38,770 nt of DNA, from the NCBI GenBank assembly GCA_046732155.1, contig JBKPMM010000134.1, positions 1-38,770 on the forward strand. The letters run 5' to 3'. Origin of the DNA: Chloroflexota bacterium (lineage in GTDB: Bacteria; Chloroflexota; Limnocylindria; Limnocylindrales; CSP1-4). The notes below the pieces were generated by a model that was not told the origin of the DNA, searched no databases, and saw only the letters and a program-made list of their open reading frames with translations. This document shows, in pieces, positions 1 to 9,380 of the stretch (its first letter is position 1; each line of letters opens with the position of its first letter). The position numbers were made by a program, and so were the translations under genes.

Positions 1-178
1 TGACGCTGATCTGGTCCTCGTTGCCGAGACCCGCTTCCTTGCACGAGACCGTCAGCGTGTTGCCGCTCTGGGTCTTCGTACAGGAGCCGACGAAGTGTGG
101 GCTGCCAGCGAATGCGACGCCTGTCGTCAGCACGAGCGCCGTCAGCGTCGCTGCGAGCACACGAACAGCTAGTTTCAT
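1..178 (-). CDS. Secreted hypothetical protein, 5' portion (runs off left end)
   Basis: Not in the ORF track; translated by hand from ATG at 178: MKLAVRVLAATLTALVLTTGVAFAGSPHFVGSCTKTQSGNTLTVSCKEAGLGNEDQISV. Typical Sec signal peptide ending AFA-G; AAGGGG upstream. Confidence 0.75.
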   Translation of the reverse strand, partial: MKLAVRVLAATLTALVLTTGVAFAGSPHFVGSCTKTQSGNTLTVSCKEAGLGNEDQISV

Positions 179-318
179 CGTGAAACCCCTTGCTCACCCC
201 CGGGGTTCCGCCGTTACTGGGTACGCGCGAAACCGGTTCGATGGACAGGTACATGCCCGCTTACGGCATAGGCAACGCTCCCTCCCCCGAGGTCCGGCGC
301 CCCTAACGCGAGGAGGAG

Positions 319-353
319 AAGGTAGTACGAAAGTACCGATGGTCAGTAGTACC
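319..353. promoter_or_regulatory. Putative regulator-binding GTAC repeats beside a minus-strand -10 (TACCTT)
   Basis: GTAGTAC occurs at 322-328 and 346-352; AGTAC-GAAA-GTACC at 324-337; AT-richer patch in a divergent intergenic region. Confidence 0.3.
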
Positions 354-608
354 CGCAGCACATCCTGGCTGTCGGGCTTTTGACAGGCGCGCTCGGCATC
401 GCGGGCGGTCGGACCGTCACGCCAGACTGATGCGCCGGAGCGCCGTGAACGGGACCCGTGGTGCCGGCGTCCCGGAGCCGGCGCTACGGCCGGGCCGGCG
501 ATGAGCACGGGCCGATCCCGTCATCATCCGACGTGGCGCTCGATGGATGGCCCGCTGTCTTGACCCTGCACGGGCGGGGCGTAAGACTATCGGCGTGAGG
601 AGCGGGCG

Positions 609-1418
609 GTGAATTCGAGCCCGCAAGCACCCCCGCCGCCCGGCGACGCCGCCCTCCTCGATGTGCGCGGCCTGTCGAAGTCCTTCCGAGGCCTGAAGGC
701 CCTCTCCGACTACGAGCTCGGCCTGCGCGCCGGGACCATCCACGGAGTGATCGGTCCCAATGGAGCGGGCAAGACGACGCTCTTCAACGTGCTTTCGGGG
801 TTCCTCCGACCGACCGCCGGCGAGATCCGCTTCGACGGCACCGACATCACCGGGCGGCCGGCGTACGCCGTCGCGCGGCTCGGGATCGCCCGCACGTTCC
901 AGAACATCCGACTGTTCGGTGACCTGCCGGTCATCGACAACGTCAAGGCGGGTCTTCAGGCGCGTGCGCCACGCTCGCTCTTCGGCACGTTGCTCACCTC
1001 CCCGCGCTTCCGCCGACAGGAGCAGCAGCTCACCGACCGTGCCCGCGAGCTTCTGACGCTCTTCGGCCTGGACCAGCATCGCGACCGGCTGGCGCGCCAC
1101 CTCCCGTATGGCGATCAGCGCCGGCTGGAGATCGCCCGGGCCGTCGCGACCGAGCCGCGGGTCCTCCTCCTCGACGAGCCGAACGCCGGCATGAACCCGG
1201 TCGAGACGCAGGAGCTGCTCGCCCTGATCCGGCGACTCCGCGACGAGCAGGGGATCACGATCGTCCTCGTCGCCCACGACATCCCGCTGGTCATGAACCT
1301 GTGCGATCGCATCCAGGTGCTCAACTACGGCCGGATCATCGCGGAGGGCGACCCCGCACGCGTCCGCAACGACCCTGACGTCATCGCCGCCTATCTCGGG
1401 CAGGCCCGCAGTGCCTGA
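609..1418 (+). CDS. livG: Branched-chain amino acid-type ABC transporter ATP-binding protein (LivG-like)
   Basis: Walker A GPNGAGKT, IARTFQN, LPYGDQRRLEIARA, LLLDEP, C-terminal VIAAYLG. Confidence 0.9.
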   Translation: MNSSPQAPPPPGDAALLDVRGLSKSFRGLKALSDYELGLRAGTIHGVIGPNGAGKTTLFNVLSGFLRPTAGEIRFDGTDITGRPAYAVARLGIARTFQNIRLFGDLPVIDNVKAGLQARAPRSLFGTLLTSPRFRRQEQQLTDRARELLTLFGLDQHRDRLARHLPYGDQRRLEIARAVATEPRVLLLDEPNAGMNPVETQELLALIRRLRDEQGITIVLVAHDIPLVMNLCDRIQVLNYGRIIAEGDPARVRNDPDVIAAYLGQARSA

Positions 1419-2145
1419 CAGCGCGATGCTGGAACTCAGCGACGTCCATGTGCGGTACGGCAACATCCGCGCGCTCCAGGGGGTGTCGCTCCGCGTCGAT
1501 AGTGGTCAACTCGTCGCGCTGATCGGCTCGAATGGCGCCGGCAAGAGCACCACCCTCCGGACGATCTCAGGTCTGCTCCGGGCGACGCAGGGCACGATCA
1601 CGTTCGAAGGGACTGACATCACGACCGCGCCGCCCCACAGGATCGTGGAGATGGGCGTCTCGCACTGCCCCGAGGGTCGCCACATCTTCGGCAGCCTCAC
1701 CGTCGCTGAGAACCTCCGTCTCGGCGCGGTATCGCGGTCCGACGGTCCCGCGATCGCCGCCGACCTGGCGATGGTCCTCGACCTCTTCCCGATCCTGAAG
1801 GAACGAACGGATCAGGCTGGCGGGACGCTCTCGGGTGGGGAGCAGCAGATGCTCGCGATCGGCCGAGCCTTGATGAGCCGCCCGCGATTGCTGCTGCTCG
1901 ACGAGCCGTCGCTCGGGCTCGCACCGCTGATGGTCGAGCGGATCTTCGCGACGATCGCCGCGCTCAAGGCCCAGGGGCTGACGATCCTGCTCGTCGAGCA
2001 GAACGTCCACCAGGCGTTCGGCGTGGCCGACCGCGCGTACGTCGTCGAAACGGGCCGTGTCACCCTCGAGGGCGACGCAGACGTCCTGCGGCACGATCCG
2101 AAGGTCGAGCAGTCATATCTCGGCGTCGGCGGCGTGGCGCTGTGA
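1411..2145 (+). CDS. livF: Branched-chain amino acid-type ABC transporter ATP-binding protein (LivF-like)
   Basis: GSNGAGKST, PEGRHIF, LSGGEQQMLAIGRAL, DEPSLGLAP, SYLG. Alternative start ATG 1426. Confidence 0.9.
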   Translation: MPDSAMLELSDVHVRYGNIRALQGVSLRVDSGQLVALIGSNGAGKSTTLRTISGLLRATQGTITFEGTDITTAPPHRIVEMGVSHCPEGRHIFGSLTVAENLRLGAVSRSDGPAIAADLAMVLDLFPILKERTDQAGGTLSGGEQQMLAIGRALMSRPRLLLLDEPSLGLAPLMVERIFATIAALKAQGLTILLVEQNVHQAFGVADRAYVVETGRVTLEGDADVLRHDPKVEQSYLGVGGVAL

Positions 2146-3116
2146 TCGATTACACGATCCAGCAGATCATCAACGCGCTGAGCGCGGGAAGCCTATACGC
2201 GCTGATGGCCGTCGGTCTCGCGATGGTCTTCGGGATCCTGCGCCTGATCAACTTCGCCCATGGTGACCTGATGATGATCGCCGCTTACATCGCGGTGTTC
2301 AGCCTCGGCGCCGGGCTCTCCCTGGCCGCGGCGCTCCCGCTCATCATCATCGGGACGGTGATCGTCGGCCTGCTGATGGAGCGCATCGCGTATCGCCCGA
2401 TCCGTGGGGCGCCCGACGTTGCGATGCTGCTCACCTCGTTCGCCGTAGGCCAGATCCTGCAGAACGGCACGCTGCTCATCACACGCCTCGCCGGGAAGCC
2501 GACGCTGATCGCCTTCCCCAGCCCGGACGTCCTCAACGGCGTGGTCAACATCGGCACGCTGACGATCCCTAAGGTGAACATCGCGAGCTTCTTCGCGGGC
2601 GTCGTCCTGCTGGGCCTCCTGAGTCTGTTCGTGACGCGCACGACGCTGGGGCTGTCGATGCGGGCGGCGGCGGAGGACCTGCCCGCGGCGAGGCTCATGG
2701 GGATCAAGGTCAACCGCGTCGTCGCGACGGCGTTCGCGATCGGGGCTGGACTGGCTGCGGTCGCCGGGTTCCTGTACGCGGTCCAGTCCGGCCAGATCAA
2801 CCCGTACATGGGCTTCACGCCGGTGCTCAAGGCGTTCATCGCCGCGGTGATCGGTGGTTTCGGCAGCATCGCCGGAGCCGTGCTCGGCGGGTACGTGCTC
2901 GGCTTCCTCGAAGTGCTCGTCACCGCGTTGGCCGGGATCGGCGATCTGCTGCCCGCGGGGTCCGTGCCGCCGGAGGTCAAGAGCTTCCTGCAACAGTGGC
3001 TGCCGAGCGGCCTCGCCAGCTGGCGCGACGCCGTAGTGTTCATCGTCCTGATCCTGGTCCTGCTCGTCCGCCCGCAAGGCATCCTGGGTAAACGGAGCCG
3101 CGAGGACGAGCTGTGA
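2142..3116 (+). CDS. livH: ABC transporter permease (LivH-like)
   Basis: YALMAVGLAMVFGILRLINFAHG, AARLMGI, IGGFGS, RPQGILG; GTGA overlap with the upstream gene. Confidence 0.9.
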   Translation: MIDYTIQQIINALSAGSLYALMAVGLAMVFGILRLINFAHGDLMMIAAYIAVFSLGAGLSLAAALPLIIIGTVIVGLLMERIAYRPIRGAPDVAMLLTSFAVGQILQNGTLLITRLAGKPTLIAFPSPDVLNGVVNIGTLTIPKVNIASFFAGVVLLGLLSLFVTRTTLGLSMRAAAEDLPAARLMGIKVNRVVATAFAIGAGLAAVAGFLYAVQSGQINPYMGFTPVLKAFIAAVIGGFGSIAGAVLGGYVLGFLEVLVTALAGIGDLLPAGSVPPEVKSFLQQWLPSGLASWRDAVVFIVLILVLLVRPQGILGKRSREDEL

Positions 3117-4183
3117 TCGACTGGCGCCGGTGGGCCGGGCCTGGCCTCGTCATCGTCGCGGCAGCCGCCGGGCTTGCAGTGCTCGAGGCGAGCGGCCAGG
3201 CGTTCTGGCAAGGACTCGTCATCAACCTCGCGATCTTCTCGATCCTGACCGTCTCGCTGAACCTGACGAGTGGTTTCACGGGCGTGTTCTCGCTCGGCCA
3301 GATCGGCTTCATGGCGCTCGGCGCGTATATGTCGGCGATCCTCACGTTGCCGTTGCCCGAGAAGGCCGCGTATCTCCCTAATCTGCCGTCGTGGCTGGCG
3401 GGCGTGCACCTGGACCAGCGCATCGGTGACGTCCCGCTGGGCTTCCTGGCGGCCACCGTCATCGCCGCGCTGGTGGTCAGCGTCATCGCCTGGCTCGTCG
3501 GGAGGGTCCTGATGCGCCTGTCCGGCCATTTCGTGGCCGTCGCGACGCTCGGATTCCTGGTCATCGTCCGCGTCGTGCTGTTCAACGCCGACGACTTCAC
3601 CCGCGGGTCGCGGACCTTCTCCAACGTCACGCCATACACGAACCTGTGGTGGTCGTGGGCGTGGGTGCTCCTCGTCGTCTACGTCGTGTGGCGGATCAAG
3701 CGCTCGCCGTACGGCCGCGACATGTTCGTCCAGCGCGACGACCGAGCGGCTGCACAGGCCGTGGGTATCCGCGTGATGGAGCCGCGCCTCCTCGCCTTCG
3801 TGGTCGGGGCGTTCTTCTCAGCGGTCGCCGGTTCGCTGTATGCCCACTTCATAACGTCGTTCTCGCCGACGGTCTTCTACTTCGATCTGACGTTCCGCGT
3901 CATCACGATGCTCGTCATCGGCGGGATGGGCTCGGTGAGCGGCTCGATGCTCGGCGCGATCCTGATCGTCGGGTTGACCGAGGCGCTTCGGCGTGTCGAG
4001 GATGCGACGCTGCTGTACGGGCTGAGTCAGATCATCCTAGCGGTCATCTTCATCGTGGTGATCACCGTCCGCCGCGAGGGTCTCCTCGGTCAGCGCGAGG
4101 TCCCGCTCGACCGGCTCTTCATGCGGCGCGAACGCGCGCCGGCGACCGCGCCGCCTGAGCCCCCTCCCCCGCCCCCGACCTAA
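3113..4183 (+). CDS. livM: ABC transporter permease (LivM-like)
   Basis: SLNLTSGFTGVFSLGQIGF, RLSGHFVAVATLG, IGGMGS; GTGA overlap. Confidence 0.9.
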   Translation: MIDWRRWAGPGLVIVAAAAGLAVLEASGQAFWQGLVINLAIFSILTVSLNLTSGFTGVFSLGQIGFMALGAYMSAILTLPLPEKAAYLPNLPSWLAGVHLDQRIGDVPLGFLAATVIAALVVSVIAWLVGRVLMRLSGHFVAVATLGFLVIVRVVLFNADDFTRGSRTFSNVTPYTNLWWSWAWVLLVVYVVWRIKRSPYGRDMFVQRDDRAAAQAVGIRVMEPRLLAFVVGAFFSAVAGSLYAHFITSFSPTVFYFDLTFRVITMLVIGGMGSVSGSMLGAILIVGLTEALRRVEDATLLYGLSQIILAVIFIVVITVRREGLLGQREVPLDRLFMRRERAPATAPPEPPPPPPT

Positions 4184-4186
4184 GGA

Positions 4187-5314
4187 TCAGAGCCCGTACA
4201 CGGCCTCCGAGTTGCGCCACAGCATCCGCTCCGCCCAGTCGATCGCCGTCCGCTCGTCGATGGCGCCGTCCGCGATGTGCTCGTCGAGCACACGCCCGAG
4301 CGCCCGCCGCCCGATGCGTGCGCCGATCCAGTACAGCTCGGGGACCAGCGACGCGTCGGTGCTGAACAGCAGCTTGCTGGCCGGCGCGAGGCCGATCAGC
4401 TCGCGGTAGATCTCGGTCGCCTCGCCAGGGGCGAAGAGGATCGTCTCGCCCATGTCAGCGTAGACGTTGGGGAATATCGCGGCGAGGTACGCCAACGATC
4501 GGATGTACGGGTAGCCGGTGTGGAGCAAGACGATGGGGGCGGCCCGGAACCGGTCTGCGAATAGGATGCGCAGCGCGGCCGGGTCGACCAGCGTCAGGTC
4601 GAGGTCCGGATCGCCGAGCCCGGTGTGGAATTGGATCGGGACGCCCTGCAACCCCGCCTCCTCGACCGCGATGACGATCAGGAAGTCAAGCAGCGGTTTC
4701 GATTCGATGCGAAGCCGGCCGTCGCGCTGGCCGGCCGCCCGAGCCGTCCGGTAGGCGTCAGCGGCGTCGCCTCGTTCCACCTCGCGGACGTGCAGCCCCG
4801 TGCGGTACGCGATGACCGATTTCATCCCGACGATCCCACGATCGCGAAGGCCCGCAAGCGACGCGCGGTAGGCGGCGATGAACCCGTCAAAGGTCTCCGA
4901 CTCGAGGATCAGCCGTTCGATGAGTGGCTCGAGGCGGAGGACCTCCTCGATGCGGCACGGCGCAAGCTCGCGCAGCTCGTCGAGCGAGTACGTGGTATCG
5001 GCCCCGTAGCCGGTATCGATCAGCCAGGTCTTGAAGTTGGCACGTTCGACGACCTCGCGCGTGAGCCATTCGACGCCACGTTCGCGCCGCGCAGCGTGGA
5101 CGGCGTCCGGCGTCGGCTGGCAGTCGAGCAGCACCGCGAGCTCGCGGATCGCCGTGTGATAGGCCAGCGACGTCGTGATGTGGTCGCGCGCGATCTCCGG
5201 GAATGTCGACTCGGTCAGATGGTTCCGGAACGCCTCGTCATCAGGCGGTTGGCGGCGGAGAAGCGAATGGCAGTGGTTGTCGACGATCGGGATCGCGTCG
5301 AGGTCGAGCGCCAC
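4187..5314 (-). CDS. Amidohydrolase family protein (FluG/NodGS N-terminal-domain-like)
   Basis: DNHCH metal motif, KSVIAYRTGL, QFHTGLGD, LLHTGYP, FSTD. Start re-assigned to GTG 5314, just after the GS-like gene's stop. Confidence 0.85.
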   Translation of the reverse strand: MALDLDAIPIVDNHCHSLLRRQPPDDEAFRNHLTESTFPEIARDHITTSLAYHTAIRELAVLLDCQPTPDAVHAARRERGVEWLTREVVERANFKTWLIDTGYGADTTYSLDELRELAPCRIEEVLRLEPLIERLILESETFDGFIAAYRASLAGLRDRGIVGMKSVIAYRTGLHVREVERGDAADAYRTARAAGQRDGRLRIESKPLLDFLIVIAVEEAGLQGVPIQFHTGLGDPDLDLTLVDPAALRILFADRFRAAPIVLLHTGYPYIRSLAYLAAIFPNVYADMGETILFAPGEATEIYRELIGLAPASKLLFSTDASLVPELYWIGARIGRRALGRVLDEHIADGAIDERTAIDWAERMLWRNSEAVYGL

Positions 5315-5321
5315 CGTCTGG

Positions 5322-6671
5322 TCAGTACTTGAAGAAGTGCTGGTCGAGCTCGAAGGCCTCGTCATGCTCGGCGTAGGCCGCCGCCTCGGCGCGGCGGACC
5401 TTGAGGTACTCGCTCGCCAGGCCCTCCCCCATGGCGGTGGTGAGGACCTCGTCACGCTCGAGCTCGTCGAGCGCCTCGGCCGCGGTCAACGGGAAGCGTC
5501 GGATGCCCCGCCGCTCTCGCTCGTCGTCGCTGAGATTGCCCGGGTCCTCGTTCACGGGATCGCCGGGATCGAGCCCGCGTTCGATGCCGTCAAGCGCGGC
5601 GGCCATGACCCCGCCGAGGGCGATGTACGGGTTGGCGCTCGCGTCGCTCGCCTTGAGCTCGAGGTTCGTCGAACCTGCCTCGTCGTCCCAGTAGCGCGTC
5701 GGCACACGGACCGCGGCTTCGCGGTTCTCGATGCCCCACGCGGTGTACGCCGAGCTCCAGAAATGCGGCTGCAGCCGGCGGAAGGAGTTGACGCTCGGCG
5801 TCGTGAGCCCGAGTAGCGCCGGCAGATGGGTGAGGACGCCGGCGATCGCCTGGCGGGCGAGCACGGACAGGCCCGCCGCTCCATCCGGATCGGCGAGCTT
5901 GTTGGTCGTGTGGGCCGCGTCCCAGATGCTCCAGTGGAGGTGCGCACCGCTGCCGGCCTGGTCGGCCCAGGGCTTCGGCGCGAGCGTCGCGACCATCCCA
6001 TGCTGGGCCGCCACGGCACGGACCGTCTGCCGGTACGTGATCTGGTTGTCCGCCGCCCGGAGCGCCGGGGCATGGCGGATCGACAGCTCCTGCTGGCCCC
6101 AGCCGAGCTCGGGGTGGGACAGCTCGACGGTCAGGCCCTGGTCGGTGAGAGCCGCGATGATGTCCTGGATGACGGGCTCGGTCGATTCCATCCCGATCGC
6201 GCTGAAGCACAAGCTTCGGTCGACCGGCACGAACCCGTCGTCACTGCGGTAGGCGAGGAAGAACTCGTTCTCGAAGGCCGCATCGAAGGCCAGGCCTTTG
6301 GCATCGGCGCTGGCGATCATCCGCTGCAGGAACGCCCGAGGATCGAGCGACCAGGGCTGATGGTCGAGCTCGACCATGTTGACGACCATCTGTGCGCTCC
6401 GCGGCGCATATGGCAGGACCACGAATGTGTCCGGATCCGGGATGAGCCGGATCTCGCCGACCGGTCCGTAGGTCGCATCGGGTGCCAGGAAATCGAGGCT
6501 CGTGAACGACTGCATGCCCTTCACGAGCCCGATCCCGCTCTGCATCCGGCGGGCGAGCGCACCGACATGGGTGCTCTTGCCGCGGATGACGCCGCCGTTG
6601 TCGCAGTACAGGAAGCGAACGAGCTGGACGCCCCGCTCGTTCGCCTCGCTGACGATCTGCTCCGGTGTCAT
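5322..6671 (-). CDS. Glutamine synthetase-like protein, probable gamma-glutamyl-amine/polyamine ligase (PuuA/GlnA3-like)
   Basis: ENEFFL, GQQE, PKP..GSGAHLH, RRLQPHFW, WGIENREAAVRVP, DASANPY. Lacks the FDGSS motif and has W at the glutamate-flap position. Confidence 0.85.
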   Translation of the reverse strand: MTPEQIVSEANERGVQLVRFLYCDNGGVIRGKSTHVGALARRMQSGIGLVKGMQSFTSLDFLAPDATYGPVGEIRLIPDPDTFVVLPYAPRSAQMVVNMVELDHQPWSLDPRAFLQRMIASADAKGLAFDAAFENEFFLAYRSDDGFVPVDRSLCFSAIGMESTEPVIQDIIAALTDQGLTVELSHPELGWGQQELSIRHAPALRAADNQITYRQTVRAVAAQHGMVATLAPKPWADQAGSGAHLHWSIWDAAHTTNKLADPDGAAGLSVLARQAIAGVLTHLPALLGLTTPSVNSFRRLQPHFWSSAYTAWGIENREAAVRVPTRYWDDEAGSTNLELKASDASANPYIALGGVMAAALDGIERGLDPGDPVNEDPGNLSDDERERRGIRRFPLTAAEALDELERDEVLTTAMGEGLASEYLKVRRAEAAAYAEHDEAFELDQHFFKY

Positions 6672-6687
6672 CGACGTGGTCGGATCG

Positions 6688-7941
6688 CTACGGTGCCGGC
6701 ACCTTCTCCGGGACCACCTCGGCCCCGAGGGTGAACTTGCCGTCCTTGATGGCGATGACCGTCACGCCCTTTTGCGGGACATGCGAGTCCGCCGAGAAGG
6801 TGATCTTCCCGGTGATACCGGGGAAGTCCTTGGTGCCCTCGATGGCGGACTTCACCGCCGCCGAGTCCGTGCCGCCGGCCCGCTTCACGGCGTCGGCCAT
6901 GAGGTACACGGTGTCGTACCCGAGAGCAGCGAACGCGTTCTCGGGGTCGTTGCCGTATTCCGCCTTGTACGCCGCGATGAACTTCTTGATCCCCTCCGTG
7001 CCACCGGTGGCGTCCATCAGGGCGTGGGTCGTGAAGAACACATTCTCGGCGGCCGCGCCCGCGACCTTGACGAGGTCCGGCGTGTCGTAGCCGTCACCGC
7101 CGACGATCGGTCCGGTGATGCCCGCATCGCGGAACTGCTTCACGAGCGGGCCGATGTTGTACGGCATCGCCGCCACGTAATAGAAGTCGGGCTGCGGGCT
7201 CAGCGCCTTGATCTTGGTGATCTGCGCCGAGAAGTCGCTCGCCTTGTCGTCGTACGAATCCTCGAGCGCGATCGTGCCTCCGAGCTCGGTGAAGCGGCTC
7301 TTGAAGTAGCCACCGAGGAGGGTCGTGTACTCGACGCCCTTGTCCCACAGGAAGTACGCGTTGTGGCCGAACGTCTTGTACGAGTACTCGGCACCGACGG
7401 CGGCCTGGACGTTATCGCCGAAGCAGGCGAGGAACATCATGTCGCCGACCTGGGTCGGGATCTTCGGTGAGGTAGCCCCGACCGTGATGAATGGGATCTT
7501 GGCCGCCTGGAACGTCGGGCCCGAGGCGAGCACAGAGTCCGTGTCGGTGTAGCCGATGAACAACGGCACCTTGTCCTGCTCGACGAACTGCTTCGCCGTC
7601 TGCGCGGTGACGTCCATCTTGTACTGGCTGTCGTGGACGATGAAGTCGATCTGCGAGCCGTTGACGCCGCCAGCCGCGTTGATCTCCTTGACGGCGAGCT
7701 TGGCGCCATTCGCCGCCGGAAGGTCGAGCGCCGATTCGTCGCCGGTGAGGGCGAACCCGCCACCGAGCTTGATGGTCCCGCCGCCTGCCGCGGCGCTGCC
7801 GCTGGCGGACTCAGACGCCGCGACCGACGCGGACGCCGATTCGGACGGGGCTGCGGCGCTGGAGGCACCGCCAGGCGAACTCGTCGAGCAAGCCGCGACC
7901 AGGACGATCACGGTCGCCAACGCGAAGACGTTGCGGGTCAT
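6688..7941 (-). CDS. ABC transporter substrate-binding lipoprotein (LivJ/LivK-like)
   Basis: GGAGGAG RBS before ATG 7941; lipobox LVAAC; Ser/Ala linker; EINAAGGVNG, DFSAQITKIK, GYDTV, FPGITGKITF. Confidence 0.88.
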   Translation of the reverse strand: MTRNVFALATVIVLVAACSTSSPGGASSAAAPSESASASVAASESASGSAAAGGGTIKLGGGFALTGDESALDLPAANGAKLAVKEINAAGGVNGSQIDFIVHDSQYKMDVTAQTAKQFVEQDKVPLFIGYTDTDSVLASGPTFQAAKIPFITVGATSPKIPTQVGDMMFLACFGDNVQAAVGAEYSYKTFGHNAYFLWDKGVEYTTLLGGYFKSRFTELGGTIALEDSYDDKASDFSAQITKIKALSPQPDFYYVAAMPYNIGPLVKQFRDAGITGPIVGGDGYDTPDLVKVAGAAAENVFFTTHALMDATGGTEGIKKFIAAYKAEYGNDPENAFAALGYDTVYLMADAVKRAGGTDSAAVKSAIEGTKDFPGITGKITFSADSHVPQKGVTVIAIKDGKFTLGAEVVPEKVPAP

Positions 7942-8125
7942 GTCTCCTCCTCCGGGCCGCCCCGCGGGGCAGCATCTCGACCGCACTGCGGCGAGCGTAG
8001 GACGAACTACGCGCGTCGAGACGTGGCGGTCGGATGACTATCCCGCACCGCCACCTCCGTGACAAGCCCCGACACGCGCGGACCGCGAGAAATCGACCCT
8101 CGTTCTCGCCCGCCGCGTGACGGCG

Positions 8126-8887
8126 TCAGCGAGCCGCGACGGCTGCCTGCCGCCTCGCAGCCGCGACGAAGGCGGCGAAGAGCCGCTCGAACTCGTCCGG
8201 CGTCGACTCCGTCCGCTCGGGATGACACTGGACCCCGACGACGAAACGGTCGCCTTCGGCTTCGAGGCCTTCGACCAATGGCCCGGCCGAGCTGTCCGCC
8301 CATGCCGCCGCACGTAGACCGGGCGCGAGGTCGGTCGCACGGATCCCCTGGTGGTGGTAGGCGTTGACCTCGAGCTCCTCCGCTGGGCCAAGGAGCGAGG
8401 CGAGCCGAGTGCCGCCGACGAGCCGGATCGGATGGGTCACCGGCGGGCCGAGTCCCCAGCCGGCGCCGTGGTGGCCCTCGACGTGCTGGAGCAACGTGCC
8501 GCCGGAGAACACGTTGATGGCTTGGAGCCCACGGCACAGGCCAAGCACGGGGACGTCCCGGTCCTCGGCGACGCGCCAGACGATCGATTCGAGTTCGTCC
8601 CGATCGTCCTCGATCTCCTTCGAGCCGGCGAGGCCCTGCCCATATCGACTGGGGTGGATGTCGGCACCGCCGGTCAGCATCAAGCCGTCCATCGACGCGA
8701 GCGCCTGCGCTCGCTCCTCGGCGGGGGTGCGGCTGTCGACGCGGATGGCCTGCGCTCCGTGCCGCTCGACGGCGGCGACGTAGAGGTCGTTCCGCTGGGC
8801 GGCGAGGTCAGGCCGGTCACTCAGATGGGTGAGTGCCAGCGTCACCACGATGTGCGGCTCGACCTTGGGGCCGGCGTCATCCGTCAC
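8126..8887 (-). CDS. Gamma-glutamyl-gamma-aminobutyrate hydrolase family (peptidase C26, PuuD-like)
   Basis: LTGGADI, nucleophile GLCRGLQ, YHHQ, VQCHPE. GGAGG RBS before GTG 8887 and a TACACT -10 upstream. Confidence 0.87.
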   Translation of the reverse strand: MTDDAGPKVEPHIVVTLALTHLSDRPDLAAQRNDLYVAAVERHGAQAIRVDSRTPAEERAQALASMDGLMLTGGADIHPSRYGQGLAGSKEIEDDRDELESIVWRVAEDRDVPVLGLCRGLQAINVFSGGTLLQHVEGHHGAGWGLGPPVTHPIRLVGGTRLASLLGPAEELEVNAYHHQGIRATDLAPGLRAAAWADSSAGPLVEGLEAEGDRFVVGVQCHPERTESTPDEFERLFAAFVAAARRQAAVAAR

Positions 8888-9091
8888 GAACACCTCCACG
8901 ACACATTTCGCTGGAGAGTGTACGGACGCCGCCAGCGACACATCGACAGGCGATTGACCGTCGTTCTGCACTTGCTCTACATTCCTTGCCTGGCCCAGTA
9001 CGAGCGGTTCCCGTCCGGGAGCGGGAGTCAGGATCGGCGGGCGAAGGGTGCGAACGCGTCTCGCCCCTTCACGTGTGGAGACCGGGAAGCC

Positions 9092-9343
9092 GTGGCCAAG
9101 GCAGTCGAGGAGGTTCTCGCGGCATGGCGGGAGGCTGAGCGTGTGCTCGATACCCTTCCTCCGCTGAGCCCGGATCACGAAACCGTTCGTCGCACCGTCG
9201 TCAGCCTCCGTCGCACGTATCAGACCATCACGTCGGACGCGGAGCAGACGGCTGAGACGATCGACCGGACGCACCAGACCATCGGTGCGGCGCGTGAGGT
9301 CTTGACGAGGGTCGCGGGCACATCGCGCGACGCGGGGGCATGA
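9092..9343 (+). CDS. Small helical hypothetical protein (83 aa)
   Basis: 3' part of track ORF 8351..9343: VAKAVEEVLAAWREAERVLDTLPPLSPDH... Upstream TTGACC(8954)-N18-TACATT(8978) promoter-like element and purine-rich RBS. Confidence 0.55.
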   Translation: MAKAVEEVLAAWREAERVLDTLPPLSPDHETVRRTVVSLRRTYQTITSDAEQTAETIDRTHQTIGAAREVLTRVAGTSRDAGA

Positions 9344-9380
9344 AGCGTCCGCGCGGACGGACTAGGCGCCGACTGGCGCC

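Noticed and set aside
595-612. Five-codon leaderless uORF (GTG AGG AGC GGG CGG TGA) overlapping the livG start
   Set aside because: Equally explained as the AGGAG Shine-Dalgarno of livG; no supporting evidence.
5315-5455. Amidohydrolase N-terminal extension suggesting frameshift fusion with the GS-like gene
   Set aside because: No slippery site seen; the GS gene has a normal C-terminus and stop, and a GTG start follows 7 nt later.
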